A stretch of 63,811 bases of DNA, counting the filler, from Octopus bimaculoides (Eukaryota): assembly GCF_001194135.2 (NCBI RefSeq). It is 7 parts of 7 records of this genome, joined end to end, with 100 filler letters (N's around TTAATTAATTAA, not from the genome) between each part and the next. Parts side by side here need not be neighbours in the genome. Positions count along the whole stretch, not along the records: positions 61,095 to 63,811 come from NC_068984.1; 6 more parts are not named here. The stretch is one strand, 5' to 3'. Of the stretch, positions 63,426 to 63,811 are shown one piece after another. Every line of letters begins with the position of its first letter. Positions within the stretch are counted from its first letter, which is position 1. The notes beneath the pieces are model-generated. The model was not told where the DNA came from, made no database searches, and saw nothing but the letters and a program-made list of their open reading frames with translations. The position numbers were made by a program, and so were the translations under genes.

Positions 63426-63811
63426 TATTGTTATTATTATTATTTTTTCGTATGTGTATTTCGTGTGCAAGATTCTTGATGTGGATACGTGTGTTGAAAG
63501 AAATACAATTAAACCTTGGGAGAGGCATTATGCCGGTAATAAACACACGCACTGGTTGAGTCCTTTATTAATTTATATAGTTTTTTGTTAAATTATTTCA
63601 TTGCACTCTTGCAATCTCTTCAGTAACTTGTCTCTCCACATCCATTTATTTTGAATGTATGATCTGGCGTTGTTTTGGCGTTGTTTTGGCGTTGTTTCGA
63701 AACTGTTCGGTATGAGCATGTGAGTGTGTGCAAGCTCGTATGTGTGCACGCTCATATGTGTGCACGCACTTATGTGTTCGTGCTTATATGTAAGTATGTG
63801 CGTCCATATGT

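Overview
AT-rich, microsatellite-saturated animal genomic DNA. The SINE families resemble those described from Octopus (inference; no database search was possible). The window is almost entirely decayed transposable elements. These are: at least four or five lineages of RLE-type (R4/Dong-like) non-LTR retrotransposons abutting (TAA)n tracts; RTE and Tx1 LINE fragments; three Penelope-like segments, one with inverted terminal repeats; a complete but dead hAT element with TIRs and an 8-bp TSD; Tc1, mariner, maT and Tigger/pogo elements; Helitron pieces; and many tRNA-derived SINEs. No intact protein-coding gene can be supported. There are only a few minus-strand candidate exons with good splice signals. 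Six identical 100-bp spacers (N44-TTAATTAATTAA-N44) are artificial joins, so the window is seven sequence blocks whose adjacency is not guaranteed. Most long ORFs in the supplied track are artefacts of N runs and microsatellites. I found no proven new system. The best leads are (1) a three-copy short repeat near (TA)n tracts carrying a variant minimal hammerhead-like motif, (2) a multi-family (TAA)n-associated retroelement community including a non-coding, non-tRNA possible passenger element, (3) an inverted-repeat Penelope element with a long 3' region, and (4) a strongly structured unexplained segment at 41.65-41.83 kb. Boundaries of degenerate elements are approximate unless a TIR or TSD is quoted.
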